From Phyllobates terribilis (lineage: Eukaryota): a stretch of DNA of 64,000 bases. Both the position numbers and the translations under genes were made by a program. The number at the start of each line of letters is the position of its first letter. Positions within the stretch are counted from its first letter, which is position 1. Below, piece by piece: positions 12,275 through 23,200 of the stretch. Where the stretch lies: the NCBI RefSeq assembly GCF_046119375.1, contig NW_027362764.1, forward strand, positions 799,180,001 through 799,244,000, read 5' to 3'. The notes under the pieces were generated by a model. The model was given only the letters and a program-made list of their open reading frames with translations. It was not told the DNA's origin and searched no databases.

Positions 12275-12630
12275 TGGGCAATTATTGAGAAAATGTTCAG
12301 AGAGACCACAGTACAGAGTTCAAGATCTTGACTGTTTTTTCTCTACAACAGACCGGCAACTCTAACCTCCAATGGCTCCAGCTCCGGTAAATCGATCTGC
12401 TTCAGGGAAGTATAACGGGCAGCCTGCTGTTCAGCACGTCTCTCACGGATTCTGCGGTCCCTCCGTATAGCCAGAGAACAAGGGGCGTCATGAAGAACCA
12501 GAGCGTCTTTAAGAGTTTCAGAAAGGCTGTTGTAGACACCTGTGAGATGATGCAGAACTTCAGTGGACCACTGCTGGAAATCGCTGCTGTAGTCCTCAGC
12601 CATACGGCCCCCCTGTGCCAGGTTCATGAT
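12275..12630 (-). mobile_element. Ty3/Gypsy (sushi-like) gag remnant
   Basis: Reads SLSETLKDALVLHDAPCSLAIRRDRRIRERR...LEPLEV, resembling the gag C-terminus. YCGLSEHFLNNCP at 12313-12275 is the C-x4-H-x4-C part of a CCHC knuckle whose first Cys is out of frame. Confidence 0.62.
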
Positions 12631-12716
12631 CTTTGCCTCAGCGACTTGGATCCTGTCGGGTTTGTCTTAGGTCAGACACAAAGCTCAAAAAGGTGTCTAC
12701 AGAAGACCCTATATGT

Positions 12717-12808
12717 GAACTGGCTCTCTACCCCTTGGAGGTCCTGGCTTGCCCTGCCGCCAGCGTTTTGTCAGAGCAGGTTTTTAGTGCCGCTGGTCGA
12801 ATTATAAC
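12717..12808 (+). mobile_element. hAT transposase C-terminal dimerisation-domain fragment
   Basis: ELALYPLEVLACPAASVLSEQVFSAAGRII matches the hATC signature (CPAxSVxSERxFSxAG); it stops at the TIR at 12809. Confidence 0.82.
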
Positions 12809-13145
12809 TAGTGTTGAGCGAGCACTAAAATACTTGGGTGCTCGAAGCTCGGGCCGAGCTCACTGTGATACTCTGGTGCTCGACCCGAGCAACGAGCCCA
12901 ATGTTAGTCTATGGGAGACCCGAGCATTTTTGCGGTGGCACCCCCGGCAGTCTGTAGAAAGCCTAAAAAGTGCCCAAAACGCCCAAAATGCAAGCGTAAG
13001 TGTGCAGCCTTCCACCCACCCCCAGGCTGCAATACCATACTGCTAGTTTGCTTGCACTTGAAATTGGGCCTTTTAGGCATGTGGAGGCGGAATCTGGCCA
13101 CCACGCCACGGCTGCGGCGGCGGCCTGGTATCCATACTCAGTCCC

Positions 13146-13304
13146 CAGCCGCCCGGCAGCCGGTGTCCACGCTTAGTCCTCAGCCGCCAGGGGGCGGCCG
13201 GGTGTCCATACTCGGTCCCCAGCCGCCCCGCGGCCGGGTGTCCACGCACGGTCCCCAGCCGCCTGGGGGCGGCCGGGTGTCCTTAAACGATCCCCAGCCG
13301 CCCC
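13146..13304. repeat. GC-rich 36-40 bp tandem repeat, about 4 copies, inside the hAT element
   Basis: AGCCGCC...GGCGGCCGGGTGTCC...GGTCCCC repeated about four times. Confidence 0.8.
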
Positions 13305-13417
13305 TATTTGAAGGACAGCCTAACCACAAACACGTGGACAAGTGAATGTGGCCAGGGATGGTCCATCTGACTGACGCCTTCACACTGGGTTAATATTGTG
13401 GAAGCCGGGACACACCC

Positions 13418-13955
13418 AGAGAGGTTGTCAAAATTAGGCCTATTTACGTTGGAAAAGAGAAGGCTTAGGGGAGACCTCATAAACATGTATAAATACTTCA
13501 GGGGGCAGTACAGAGATCTCTCCCATGACCTGTTTATACCAAGGATGGTGACAAAGACGAGGGGGCACACTATGCGTCTGGAGGAAAGGAGGTTCCTGCA
13601 CCAGCATAGAAGGGGATTCTTTACGGTCAGAGCCGTGAGACTCTGGAACTCTCTGGGAGAGGAAGTGGTGATGTCCAACTCACTTAATGAGTTCAAGACA
13701 GGCCTGGACGCCTTTCTCGAGAGCAATAAAATTACATCTTATGCTTAGTTAATTAATCCAGGGATTTAATCTGACTGCCAGATTGGTGTCGGGAAGTGAA
13801 TTTTTCCTCAATGATGTAAATTGGCCTATACCGCATGGTTTTTTGTTGCCTTCCCCAGAATCAACGCTGCGGAATAGCTGCAGTGCACAAGAAATAGGCT
13901 GAACTGGATGGACGATTGTCTTTTTTCGGCCTTATAAACTATGTAACTATGTAAC
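13418..13955 (+). mobile_element. 5'-truncated CR1 LINE 3' end nested in the hAT element
   Basis: ERLSKLGLFTLEKRRLRGDLINMYKY...RGFFTVRAVRLWNSL...FKTGLDAFL is the CR1 ORF2 C-terminus. It is followed by a 3' UTR and an (AACTATGT)n tail at 13936-13955. Confidence 0.88.
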
Positions 13956-15408
13956 AGTTGGACACTGGGATGCAACACGTTCTCCAGACATAGAGGATTG
14001 CGGGTCCTGGGTCAATCAGGCTTCAACACAAAGTTCAGAAGGTAGACAACAGCAGTGGTCGGCCTCCTACACAACGAGTAAATTATTCATGATCATGAGG
14101 CCATCCATCTCCTTAGCTTTCTGTTCCTTGGAATGCAAGCACATGTATGTAGTAGCGGCTAGGCCTGAGGTGGTCAGCGTTTTGGCGCATATCCTACCTC
14201 CTCCGAGGATTGCTGGATGTTTTCCTGCCACTATCCCAGTTCTATGACTCCCGTTAAAACAAAGCTTCAGGTGATAAATGGTGGATGAGGTGGTGGCAAA
14301 GGAGAAAGAGCAGGAGGAACAGGGACCAGTCAAAAACACATGTCTTGTAGGATATGTTTCTGTAACAAAAGGAGCGGTTCGGCTACACAGTTATAGGGCA
14401 TACAGTGAGTGCAATGCCTACCAAAAATTTTGAGGCACTCCATTGAACAGGTACTACCGTCTACAGCGCATGATACCAGCTCCTGTTCTTCCTCCTCCTC
14501 CTCCTCCTCTCCCTCATTGTCCCTCAATGCACGTTGGGATGAGATGAGGCTGGGCTGTGTGTAATCGCCCGTTACGGCTTCTTGATCCATCTCATCATAC
14601 TCTGGCTGCAATGCCTCCTCTTTAATTCTCTGGAGAGAGCGTTGCAAAAGACAGACAAGTGGGATGCTGACGCTAATGATGGCGTCATTGCCACTCACCA
14701 TCTTGGTGGACTCCACTTGTATCTCTCGGGCCTACACCAGACTATTTTCAACAGATATATTTGTGTCTGAAAAATCAGAGACACACTTTTAAAGGTTAAT
14801 AAGACGGGTATTTGTACAGTGTGAAGGAGGAGAAAAAAAAGAGGATTTAGATGAAAAAAAAAAGATTTTTCCTGGCCCCCGACACCTGGTGCTAAGTCCA
14901 GTAATTTCAGCAACAGGAGCACACAGGACTGTAATGCAGCGTTTGCTGGTATAACCACTGTGTCTCCTATACAGCCTGCCTGCCTGCCTGATATCTGGGA
15001 TGGATATTAGTCCTGAAAAGGACTGTTTGTTTGATCTGGCAGCCTTTACAGACCCTACACTAACTATTTTGCAGGATATATCTCTCCATAACAGCAGCGC
15101 TGTCCCTACACTGTCTGATCCGGGGAGACTGTGTCCAAGATGGCGGCGCCCGGTTTTAAATACTCGAGGTGACGTTGTGCGGCCAGCCAATCACTGTAAT
15201 GCCCACAAACAACATGGCTGCAGCATTACAGTGACTGGCTGGCAATCCCTGCATGTTCATTGGCTCTGTAAAGAGCGCCAAACGTGCAGGAAGGAGACCC
15301 GAGCTCCCGCCCGAGTAACCCGGAAATGCTCGGTGCTCGCCGAAGATCCCAAGTAGCGTGATGCTCGGGCGAGTACCGAGCAGTGTCAAGCATGCTCGCT
15401 GAACACTG

Positions 15409-16221
15409 CTGAGGACCCCTCCTGGGGTACTCCTGATGCTTCCCTGACCCAGCCGGGTCACAAGGAACTTCCTGCAGGGGGTTATCCTTGGGGACGCGGT
15501 ACACCTGCAGGGCATACCAGCCACGTTCACCATGATGCCGGGTGAACGTGACATGATCCCCAGGATAGAGGTTCCGGTCGGGCTCCAACTCAGGCTCCAC
15601 ATCCCGCCGGTTTACGAAAATGTCCCGGTTAAAATCGGGACTTCGGATGAAGCCCCACCCCGCCTTGAGGTTGAACTTGACGATGAGGCCTTCCTCACGG
15701 GGGCTGGGGTTGGCGTCTCCGCCTGGCGGGTCTGTGCCTTGGCGGCTTTGTCTCGGGCCTCCAGGCGCTCACTGCGCACCTCCCGCGCGCGTCGCTCCCT
15801 CTTGAGCTGCCGGAGCTCCCGCCGGCAGAACTACTTCCTCTGCCGGGCAGCGGACTCTGTTTCATAAGAGAGCCCCATCAGATCTCCCCCCCCGGTTGTC
15901 CCAGCATATCTCTTCTCCGCCGGGGCAGGCAACTGGGGGTGCTGGCATTGGGAGGAGCGGGCATCACTGCTGGTCTTCGAAGTGGACGGACCAGTCGAAG
16001 ACTGGCACGCCGTAGACCCACTCTAGGGCCGGAGGTGGAGGTGGCGGGAGTGCTCCCAGTAATAGCCCCGCAGCTTCAGCACCCAGGATTAAAGGTTCCG
16101 GACAGGCGTTATGCATTTGACCTTCGGTGCAGCTCCCGGGGGCGGCAGTTCCGGGACGGCTCTTGGTGGGTGGCCCTATCCTGGTATATGCTCCCCCCTC
16201 ACCCTGGTCCATGCTCCCCAT
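15409..16221 (-). pseudogene. Disabled intronless ORF with a coiled-coil-like stretch and a cold-shock domain (CSD at 15690-15496)
   Basis: The minus strand reads GLIVKFNLKAGWGFIRSPDFNRDIFVNRRDVEPELEPDRNLYPGDHVTFTRHHGERGWYALQVYR, with RNP1-like AGWGFI, RNP2-like DIFV and GxxVxF...GxxG..A..V. There is a 1-bp frameshift just before the domain and a TAG upstream, and the ORF is cut by the hAT TIR at 15408. Confidence 0.75.
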
Positions 16222-16254
16222 GTCCGCATAGCTCGATATCTAGTTTCATTTGAA

Positions 16255-16521
16255 TGAATACAAATGTGCAGAGTGTATTCAGCAAAGTGGCCCAAAGTAC
16301 GCGCATGCGCATACCACACTGTCCACTTTGTCGAAGACACTGTTCATATTTGTCTTCACTAAAATAGCGCCGGAAATCGCAGAATGCGCAGTCGCCGATT
16401 CCGGTGCCACACTCCTCCCCCGGCCTCTCCAGAGATGACAGGACCGAACAGGTATGTGTTTATGGTGCCGGAGATCGCGGTATGCGCTCAGTGCTTATGC
16501 ATACCGCGATTTCCGGCGCCA
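16255..16521. repeat. Inverted-repeat-rich non-coding segment (probable MITE piece)
   Basis: Imperfect inverted repeat at about 16255-16357 around GCGCATGCGC; 23-bp-arm hairpin at 16463-16521. Confidence 0.55.
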
Positions 16522-16831
16522 CACTCCTCATCCCTGTCTGGGATGTGGATGTGTCTTTCTGTCTGCAGCCAGACTACGCAGGTATTGCGCTTGCACAATC
16601 TATAGAGGCTTCTGACAGAAGGACACATCCCTGATTATACTATAGATACCAGTCATGTATTGTCATATAGACTGTACAGGGCCATACCTAGGGGAATCAG
16701 GGGGGACATGTGACCTGGGTACATTCGTCAGGGGGGTGCCTCATGCGGTGGTCACAGGTGTCTCCCAGGTAGCTGCATTTTGCATTCGACCATTCTCTGA
16801 ACTGGCTGTGGAACCGACAGTCGATCAGAGA

Positions 16832-17745
16832 AGGGAGCTATGTACGGGCTCATATTGTACAGTACAGACCAAAAGTTTGGACACACCTTCTCATTTAAAG
16901 ATTTTTCTGTATTTTCCTGACTATGAAAATTGTACATTCACACTGAAGGCATCAAAACTATGAATTACCACATGTGGAATTATATACTTAACAAAAAAGT
17001 GTGAAACAACTGAAAATATGTCTTATATTCTAGGGTCTTCACAGTAGCCACCTTTTGCTTTGATGACTGCTTTGCACACTCTTGGCATTCTCTTGATGAG
17101 CTTCAAGAGGTAGTCACCGGAAATGGTCTTCCAACAATCTTGAAGGAGTTCCCAGAGAAGGTGTGTCCAACGGTTTGGTCTGTACTGTATATAGGGAGCT
17201 ATGTGGGTGGTCATACTGTATATAGGGAGCTATGTGGGGCTCATACTGTATATAGGGAGCTATGTACATGCTCATACTGTATATAGGGAGCTATGCGGGG
17301 CTCATACTGTATATAGGGAGCTATGTACGGGCTCATACTGTATATAGGGAGCTATGTACGTGCTCATACTGTATATAGGGAGCTATGTGGGGGCTCATAC
17401 TATATATAGGAGGCTATGCGGGGGCTCATAATGTATATAGGGAGCTATGTGGGGGCTCATACTATATATAGGAGGCTATGTGGGGGCTCATATTGTATAT
17501 AGGGGCTATGCGGGGGTTCATACTGTGTATAGGGAGCTATGTGGGGGCTCATACTATATATAGGAGGCTATGCGGGGGCTCATAATGTATATAGGAGGCT
17601 ATGCGGGGGCTCATACTGTATATAGGGAGCTATGTGGGGGCTCATACTATATATAGGAGGCTATGTGGGGGCTCATATTGTATATAGGGGCTATGCGGGG
17701 GTTCATACTGTATCTAGGGAGCTATGCGGGGGCTCATACTGTATA
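16832..17745. repeat. Minisatellite C, 30-31 bp unit, about 18-19 copies, interrupted by a Tc1 derivative
   Basis: Consensus TATATAGGGAGCTATGTGGGGGCTCATACTG from 17188 to 17745, with one unit left of the Tc1 at 16832-16858. Confidence 0.92.
16860..17187 (-). mobile_element. Tc1-family deletion derivative with TA target duplication
   Basis: TA|CAGTACAGACCAAAAG...GGTCTGTACTG|TA, with one long TIR and about 30 bp of the other. The minus strand encodes the Tc1 transposase C-terminus LWELLQDCWKTISGDYLLKLIKRMPRVCKAVIKAKGGY. Confidence 0.9.
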
Positions 17746-18022
17746 AATATGTCAGCATACTTAATTCTGCTCAATATTAAGTCATACAATTAATATAATT
17801 TTTTTATTATTTTGTTAATATTTTTAATATTGAGCACAATTAATTTCAGCCTATTGGTTCGGCCTCCACAACATGTGGCCCCTTGGGAACATTAATCTCC
17901 CACCGCTGCTTTACTATGAATAGCGCTATGTTATGTATAGGGCTGTGTACATAATGGTAAAAATTTCCATCATTTTCTGTCTATAGATGTAACCAAACAT
18001 CTGTGTGTTAGTCACATGACCT

Positions 18023-18713
18023 ATCATAGAATCATAGAATCATAGAATGGTAGAGTTGGAAGGGACCTCCTGGGTCATCTGGTCCAACCCCCTGCTCAAA
18101 GCAGGATTCACTAAATCATCTCAGACAGATGTCTGTCCAGCCTCTGTTTGAAGATGTCCATTGAAGGGGAACTCACCACCTCTCGTGGCCGCCTGTTCCA
18201 CTCATTAATCACCCTAACTGTCAAAAAGTTTTTTCTAATATCTAATCTGTGTCTCCTCCCATTTAGTTTCATCCCGTTGCTTCTAGTCTTTCCCTGTGCA
18301 AATGAGAATAAAGATGATCCTTCTACAATGTGACAGCCCTTGACATATTTGTAGACAGCTATTAAGTCTCCTCTCAGTCTTCTTTTTTGCAAGCTAAACA
18401 TTCCCAAATCCTGCAACCGTTCCTCATAGGACATGGTTTGCAGACCAGTCACCATTCTGGTCGCTCTTCTCTGAACTTGCTCCAGTTTGTCTATGTCTTT
18501 TTTAAAATGTGGTGCCCAAAACTGTACACAGTATTCCAGATGAGGTCTGACCAAAGAGGAGTAAAGACCGATAATGACTTCACGTGATCTAGACTGTATG
18601 CTTCTGTTAATACATCCCAGAATTGTATTTGCCTTTTTTTCTGCTGCATCACACTGTTGACTCATGTTCAGTCTATGATCTATTAGTATATCTAAGTCTT
18701 TTTCACATGTACT
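18023..18713 (-). mobile_element. 5'-truncated CR1 LINE 3' end
   Basis: ORF 18111-18665: LYSSLVRPHLEYCVQFWAPHFKKDIDKLEQVQRRATRMV...LQKRRLRGDLIAVYKY. The (ATTCTATG)n tail appears on the plus strand as ATCATAGAATCATAGAATCATAGAAT at 18023-18048. Confidence 0.92.
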
Positions 18714-18889
18714 GTTTCACATGATCTATCAAAGGGGATCAGGTGACATGTCACGTGATACATCGGGTACCTGTGGGGGGGGGGGCCCACACCTTCTAAA
18801 CTGCCCGGAACCCTGACTACTCTTAATCCACCCCTGGATGGCGGTCTTGCATGGTGGGAGGTGGTAAACCATGCCGCCAGGGATGTTAC

Positions 18890-19420
18890 AGAGTGATGAA
18901 GCTTCTTTCCAATTCTCCGGCCATATTAACAGACATAATTGTATTTACTGGTATAATGAGAACTTGCATTTAACATTAGGGCAACAACTAAATGAGCCCT
19001 GTGTCAATGTTCGGGGTGGTATTTCAAGTTTTGGTGTTTTAGAACCAATATTTTTTGATGGAACAGTCATAGGAGATAAGTATCTTGAATGAATCAAGTT
19101 GTTCCCCAGTTACAGCAACAGCCTAATTCACATGACCTTTATTTCCAACAAGATGGGGCCCCTCCACATTATTCAAGAGTGGTCCGCGAGTATCTTGATG
19201 AAACATTTCCTAATAAATGGATTGGCCGAAGAGGCCCCCTTGATTGGCCGGCACGTTCACCAGACTTGACCCCAATGGATTTATTCTTTTGGGGAGAACT
19301 CAAGGACAAAGTTTATAGTCGAAAACCAAAAAGTGTCAGTGATTTGAAAAATTACATAAGAGATGCATTTCAAGAAATTATTACCCAAAGAGACTTGTGC
19401 AAAAAAGTTTGTCGAAGCGT
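18890..19420 (+). mobile_element. Tc1/mariner DD41D (rosa/Visitor-type) transposase remnant
   Basis: SDEASF (first D at 18895), then after a frameshift near 19089, FQQDGAPPH...WPARSPDLTPMD. I count 41 residues between the second and third Asp. Confidence 0.8.
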
Positions 19421-19439
19421 AAGAGGTGACTTATATATA

Positions 19440-19813
19440 TATGGAGTGGAGCTGAAGGGAGCGGAGCCGCCTGTGTCCCCCATACACTGCACACACTGGA
19501 TATATACATATATATCACAGGAGAGGAGCTGCAGGGAGCGGAACCGCCTGTGTCCCCCATACACTGCACACACTGGATATATACATATATATCACAGGAG
19601 AGGAGCTGCAGGGAGCGGAGCCGCATGTGTCCCCCATACACTGCACAGACTGGATATACAGTATATATATAACAGGAGAGGAGCTGCAGGGAGCGGAGCT
19701 GCCTGTGTCTCCCATACACTGCACACACTGGATATATATATAACAGGAGAGGAGCTGCAGGGAGCGGAGCCGCCTGTGTCCCCCATACACTGCACACACT
19801 GGATATATATATA
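19440..19813. repeat. Second array of minisatellite A, about 5 copies
   Basis: Same unit and orientation as 4287-4816, ending immediately before the truncated H1. Confidence 0.93.
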
Positions 19814-19821
19814 ACGCCCTG

Positions 19822-20186
19822 AGGTGAAGGTCAGCGGCGCCTCCGGCTCCTTCAAGCTGAACAAGAAGCAGGAGACTAAAGGCAAGCCGGCCAAGAAGAA
19901 GCCGGCGGCTGCGGCCAAACCCAAGAAGCCTGCAGCCAAGAAAGCGGCCAAATCCCCGAAGAAGCCCAAGAAGGCTCCGACCGGAGCCAAGAAAAGCACG
20001 AAAAGGGCCAAGAAGCCCGCAGCAGCCGCGGCCAAGAAAGCAGCCAAGAGCCCCAAGAAGCCAAAGGCCGCTCCGAAGCCCAAGAAGGTGACGAAGAGCC
20101 CGGCTAAGAAGGCGGCCAAACCGAAAGCTGCCAAGAGTCCGGCTAAGAAGGCAACTAAAGCCAAGAATCCCGCGGCCAAAAAATAA
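19822..20186 (+). pseudogene. 5'-truncated histone H1 paralog (no promoter, no ATG, most of the globular domain lost)
   Basis: Homology to the intact H1 begins at AGGTGAAGG (19822, equivalent to 5633). It reads [22 protein letters not shown]...AKNPAAKK, stop at 20184-20186; upstream is minisatellite A. Confidence 0.92.
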
Positions 20187-20216
20187 GCCAAAGGCGTCCT
20201 GTTATTACACCACAAA

Positions 20217-20257
20217 GGCTCTTATCAGAGCCACCACCTTATCTCTGCAGAGCTGTA
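20217..20257 (+). terminator. Intact stem-loop plus HDE of the truncated H1
   Basis: CAAA-GGCTCT-TATC-AGAGCC (20217-20232), ACCAC, then AGAGCTGTA at 20249-20257; same 16-nt spacing as in the intact H1. Confidence 0.93.
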
Positions 20258-23200
20258 TGATCAGTGCCACCAACTTATCCCTGCAGAGCGGTATGATCAG
20301 TGCCAACACCTTATCCCTGCAGAGCTGTATGATAGTGCCACCGCCTTGTCCTTGTAGAGCTGTATAATCAGTGCCACCGCCTTGTCCTTGCAGAGCTGTA
20401 TAATCAGTGCCACCACCTTGTCCCTGCAGAGCTGTATGATCAGTGCCACCACCTAGTCCCTGCAGAGATGTATGATCAGTGCCACCACCTTGTCCCTGCA
20501 GAGCTGTATGATCAGTGCTACCACCTTGTTCCTGGAGAGCTGTTTGATCAGTGCCAACACCTGTCCCCGCATAGCTATATGATCAGTGCCACCACCTTGT
20601 TTCTGCAGAGCTGTATGACCAGTGCCCTCACTTTGTCTCTGCAGAGCTGTATGATAAGTGTCACCACCTTGTCCCTTCAGAGCTGTATGATCAGTGTCAT
20701 CATCCTTGTCCCTGCAGAGCTGTATCATCAGTGTCACCACCTTGTCCCTGCAGAGCTGTATGATCAGTGTCACCACCTTGTCCCTGCAGAGCTGTATGAT
20801 CAGTCCCACAACCTTGTCCCTGGAGAGCAGTTTGATCAGTGCCACCACCTTGTCCCCGCAGAGCTATATGATCAGTGTCACCACCTTGTCCCTGTAGAGC
20901 TGTATGATCAGTGCCACCACCTTGTCCCTGGAGAGCTGTTTGATCAGTGTCACCACCTTGTCCCCGCAGAGCTATATAATCCGTGCCACCACCTTGTCTC
21001 TGCAGAGCTGTATGATCAGTCACCTTGTCTCTGCAGAGCTGTATGATCAGTGCCCCCACCTTGTCTCTGCAGAGCTGTATGATTAGTGTCAGCGCCTTGT
21101 CCCTGCAGAGCTGTATGATCAGTGTCACCACCTTGTCTCTGCAGAGCTGTATGATCAGTGCCCTCACCTTGTCTCTGCAGAGCTGTATGATCAGTGTCAC
21201 CACCTTGTCCCTGCAGAGCTGTATGATCAGTGTCATCATCCTTGTCCCTGCAGAGCTGTATGATCAGTGTAACCACCTTGTCCCTGCAGAGCTGTATGAT
21301 CAGTGCCACAACCTTGTCCCTGGAGAGCTGTTTGATCAGTGCCACCACCTTGCCCCCGCAGAGCTACATGATCAGTGTCACCACTTTGTCCCTGCAGAGC
21401 TGTATGATCAGTGCCACCACCTTGTCCCTGGAGAGCTTATTTCGGACACTTTACTACTCTTCTAGTTAACTCTCTACCACTTCGTCTCCCGCCCACCGAT
21501 AACAGAATAAAATGCCTGTTGCGCCGCCAAACAAACCATTATAAACCTTTTCGTCCCGCAGTACCAAAGGACAATTATTCTATAACCATTCAAATTTTAC
21601 AATCTTAATAACAATTAACTCTCGAACAACCAGAACCTTCTTCAACGGGCCCCATCTGCTCTGATACGTTTTCCATTCTGATCCAGCCAAATTGTCGCCT
21701 CCTCAGGGGTCTGAAAAATGTGTACCCCTCCCAGAGCCACCACCCTTAATTTGGCCGGATATAGCATTGAGTAAGCGATCAGTGCCCTCACCTTGTCTCT
21801 GCAGAGCTGTATGATCAGTGTCACCACCTTGTCCCTTCAGAGCTGTATGATCAGTGTCATCAACCTTGTCCCTGCAGAGCTGTATGATCAGTGTCACCAC
21901 CTTGTCCCTGCAGAGCTGTATGATCAGTGTCACCACCTTGTCCCTGCAGAGCTGTATGATCAGTCCCACAACCTTGTCCCTGGAGAGCAGTTTGATCAGT
22001 GCCAACACCTTGTCCCCGCAGAGCTATATGATCAGTTCCACCACCTTGTCCGTGCAGAGCTGTATGATCAGTGCCCCCACCTTGTCTCTGCAGAGCTGTA
22101 TGATCAGTCACCATCTTGTCTCTGCAGAGCTGTAAGATCAGTGTCACATCCTTGTCCCTGCAGAGCTGTATGATCAGTGTCATCACCTTGTCTCTGCAGA
22201 GCTGTATGATCAGCGTCACCACCTTGTCCCTGCAGAGCTGTATGATCAGTGTCACCACCTCGTCCCTGCAGAGCTGTATGATCAGTGCCACCACCTTGTC
22301 CCTGCAGAGCTGTATGATCAGTGCCACCACATAGTCCCTGCAGAGCTGTATGATCAGTGCCACCACCTCGTCCCTGCAGAGCTGTATGATCAGTGCCACC
22401 ACCTTGTCCTTGCAGAGCTTTATGATCAGTGCCACCACCTTGTCCCTGGAGAGCTGTTTGATCAGTGCCACCACCTTGTCCCCGCATAGCTATATGATCA
22501 GTGCCACCATCTTGTCCCCGCAGAGCTATATAATCAGTGCCACCACCTTGTCCCTGCAGAGCTGTATGATCAGTGCCCCCACCTTGTCTCTGCAGAGCTG
22601 TATGATCAGTCACCACCTTGTCTCTGCAGAGCTGTATGATCAGTGTCACCACCTTGTCCCTGCAGAGCTGTATGATCAGTATCACCACCTCGTCGCTGCA
22701 GAGCTGTATGATCAGTGCCACCACCTTGTCCCTGCACAGCTGTATGATCAGTGCCATCACCTTGTCCCCGCAGAGCTGTATGATCAGTGCCACCATCGCG
22801 TCCCTGCAGAGCTGTATGATCAGTGCCACAACCTTGTCCCTGCAGAGATGTATGATCAGTGCCACCACCTTGTTCCTGGAGAGCTGTTTGATCAGTGCCA
22901 ACACCTGTCCCCGCAGAGCTATATGATCAGTGTCACCACATTGTCCCTGCAGAGCTGTATGATCAGTGCCACCACCTTGTCCCTGGAGGGCTGTTGATCA
23001 GTGCCACCACCTTGTCCCCGCAGAGCTATATGATCAGTGTCACCACCTTGTCCCTGCAGAGCTGTATGATCAGAGCCACCACCTTGTCCCTGGAGAGCTG
23101 TTTGATCAGTGCCACCACCTTGTCCCCGCATAGCTATATGATCAGTGCCACCACCTTGTCCCTGCAGAGCTGTATGATCAGTGCCTTCACCTTGTCTCTG

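Larger units (their letters stand above)
12809..15408 (-). mobile_element. Decayed hAT-type element with TIRs and a transposase remnant
   Basis: Left end TAGTGTTGAGCGAGC; right end GCTCGCTGAACACTG (reverse complement CAGTGTTCAGCGAGC, 13/15). A minus-strand remnant at about 14330-14716 (ESTKMVSGNDAIISVSIPLVCLLQRSL) resembles a hAT/ZBED transposase. No 8-bp TSD. Confidence 0.62.

Noticed and set aside
17750-18020. Possible MITE end in the AT-rich segment after minisatellite C
   Set aside because: No partner TIR or TSD could be identified by eye.
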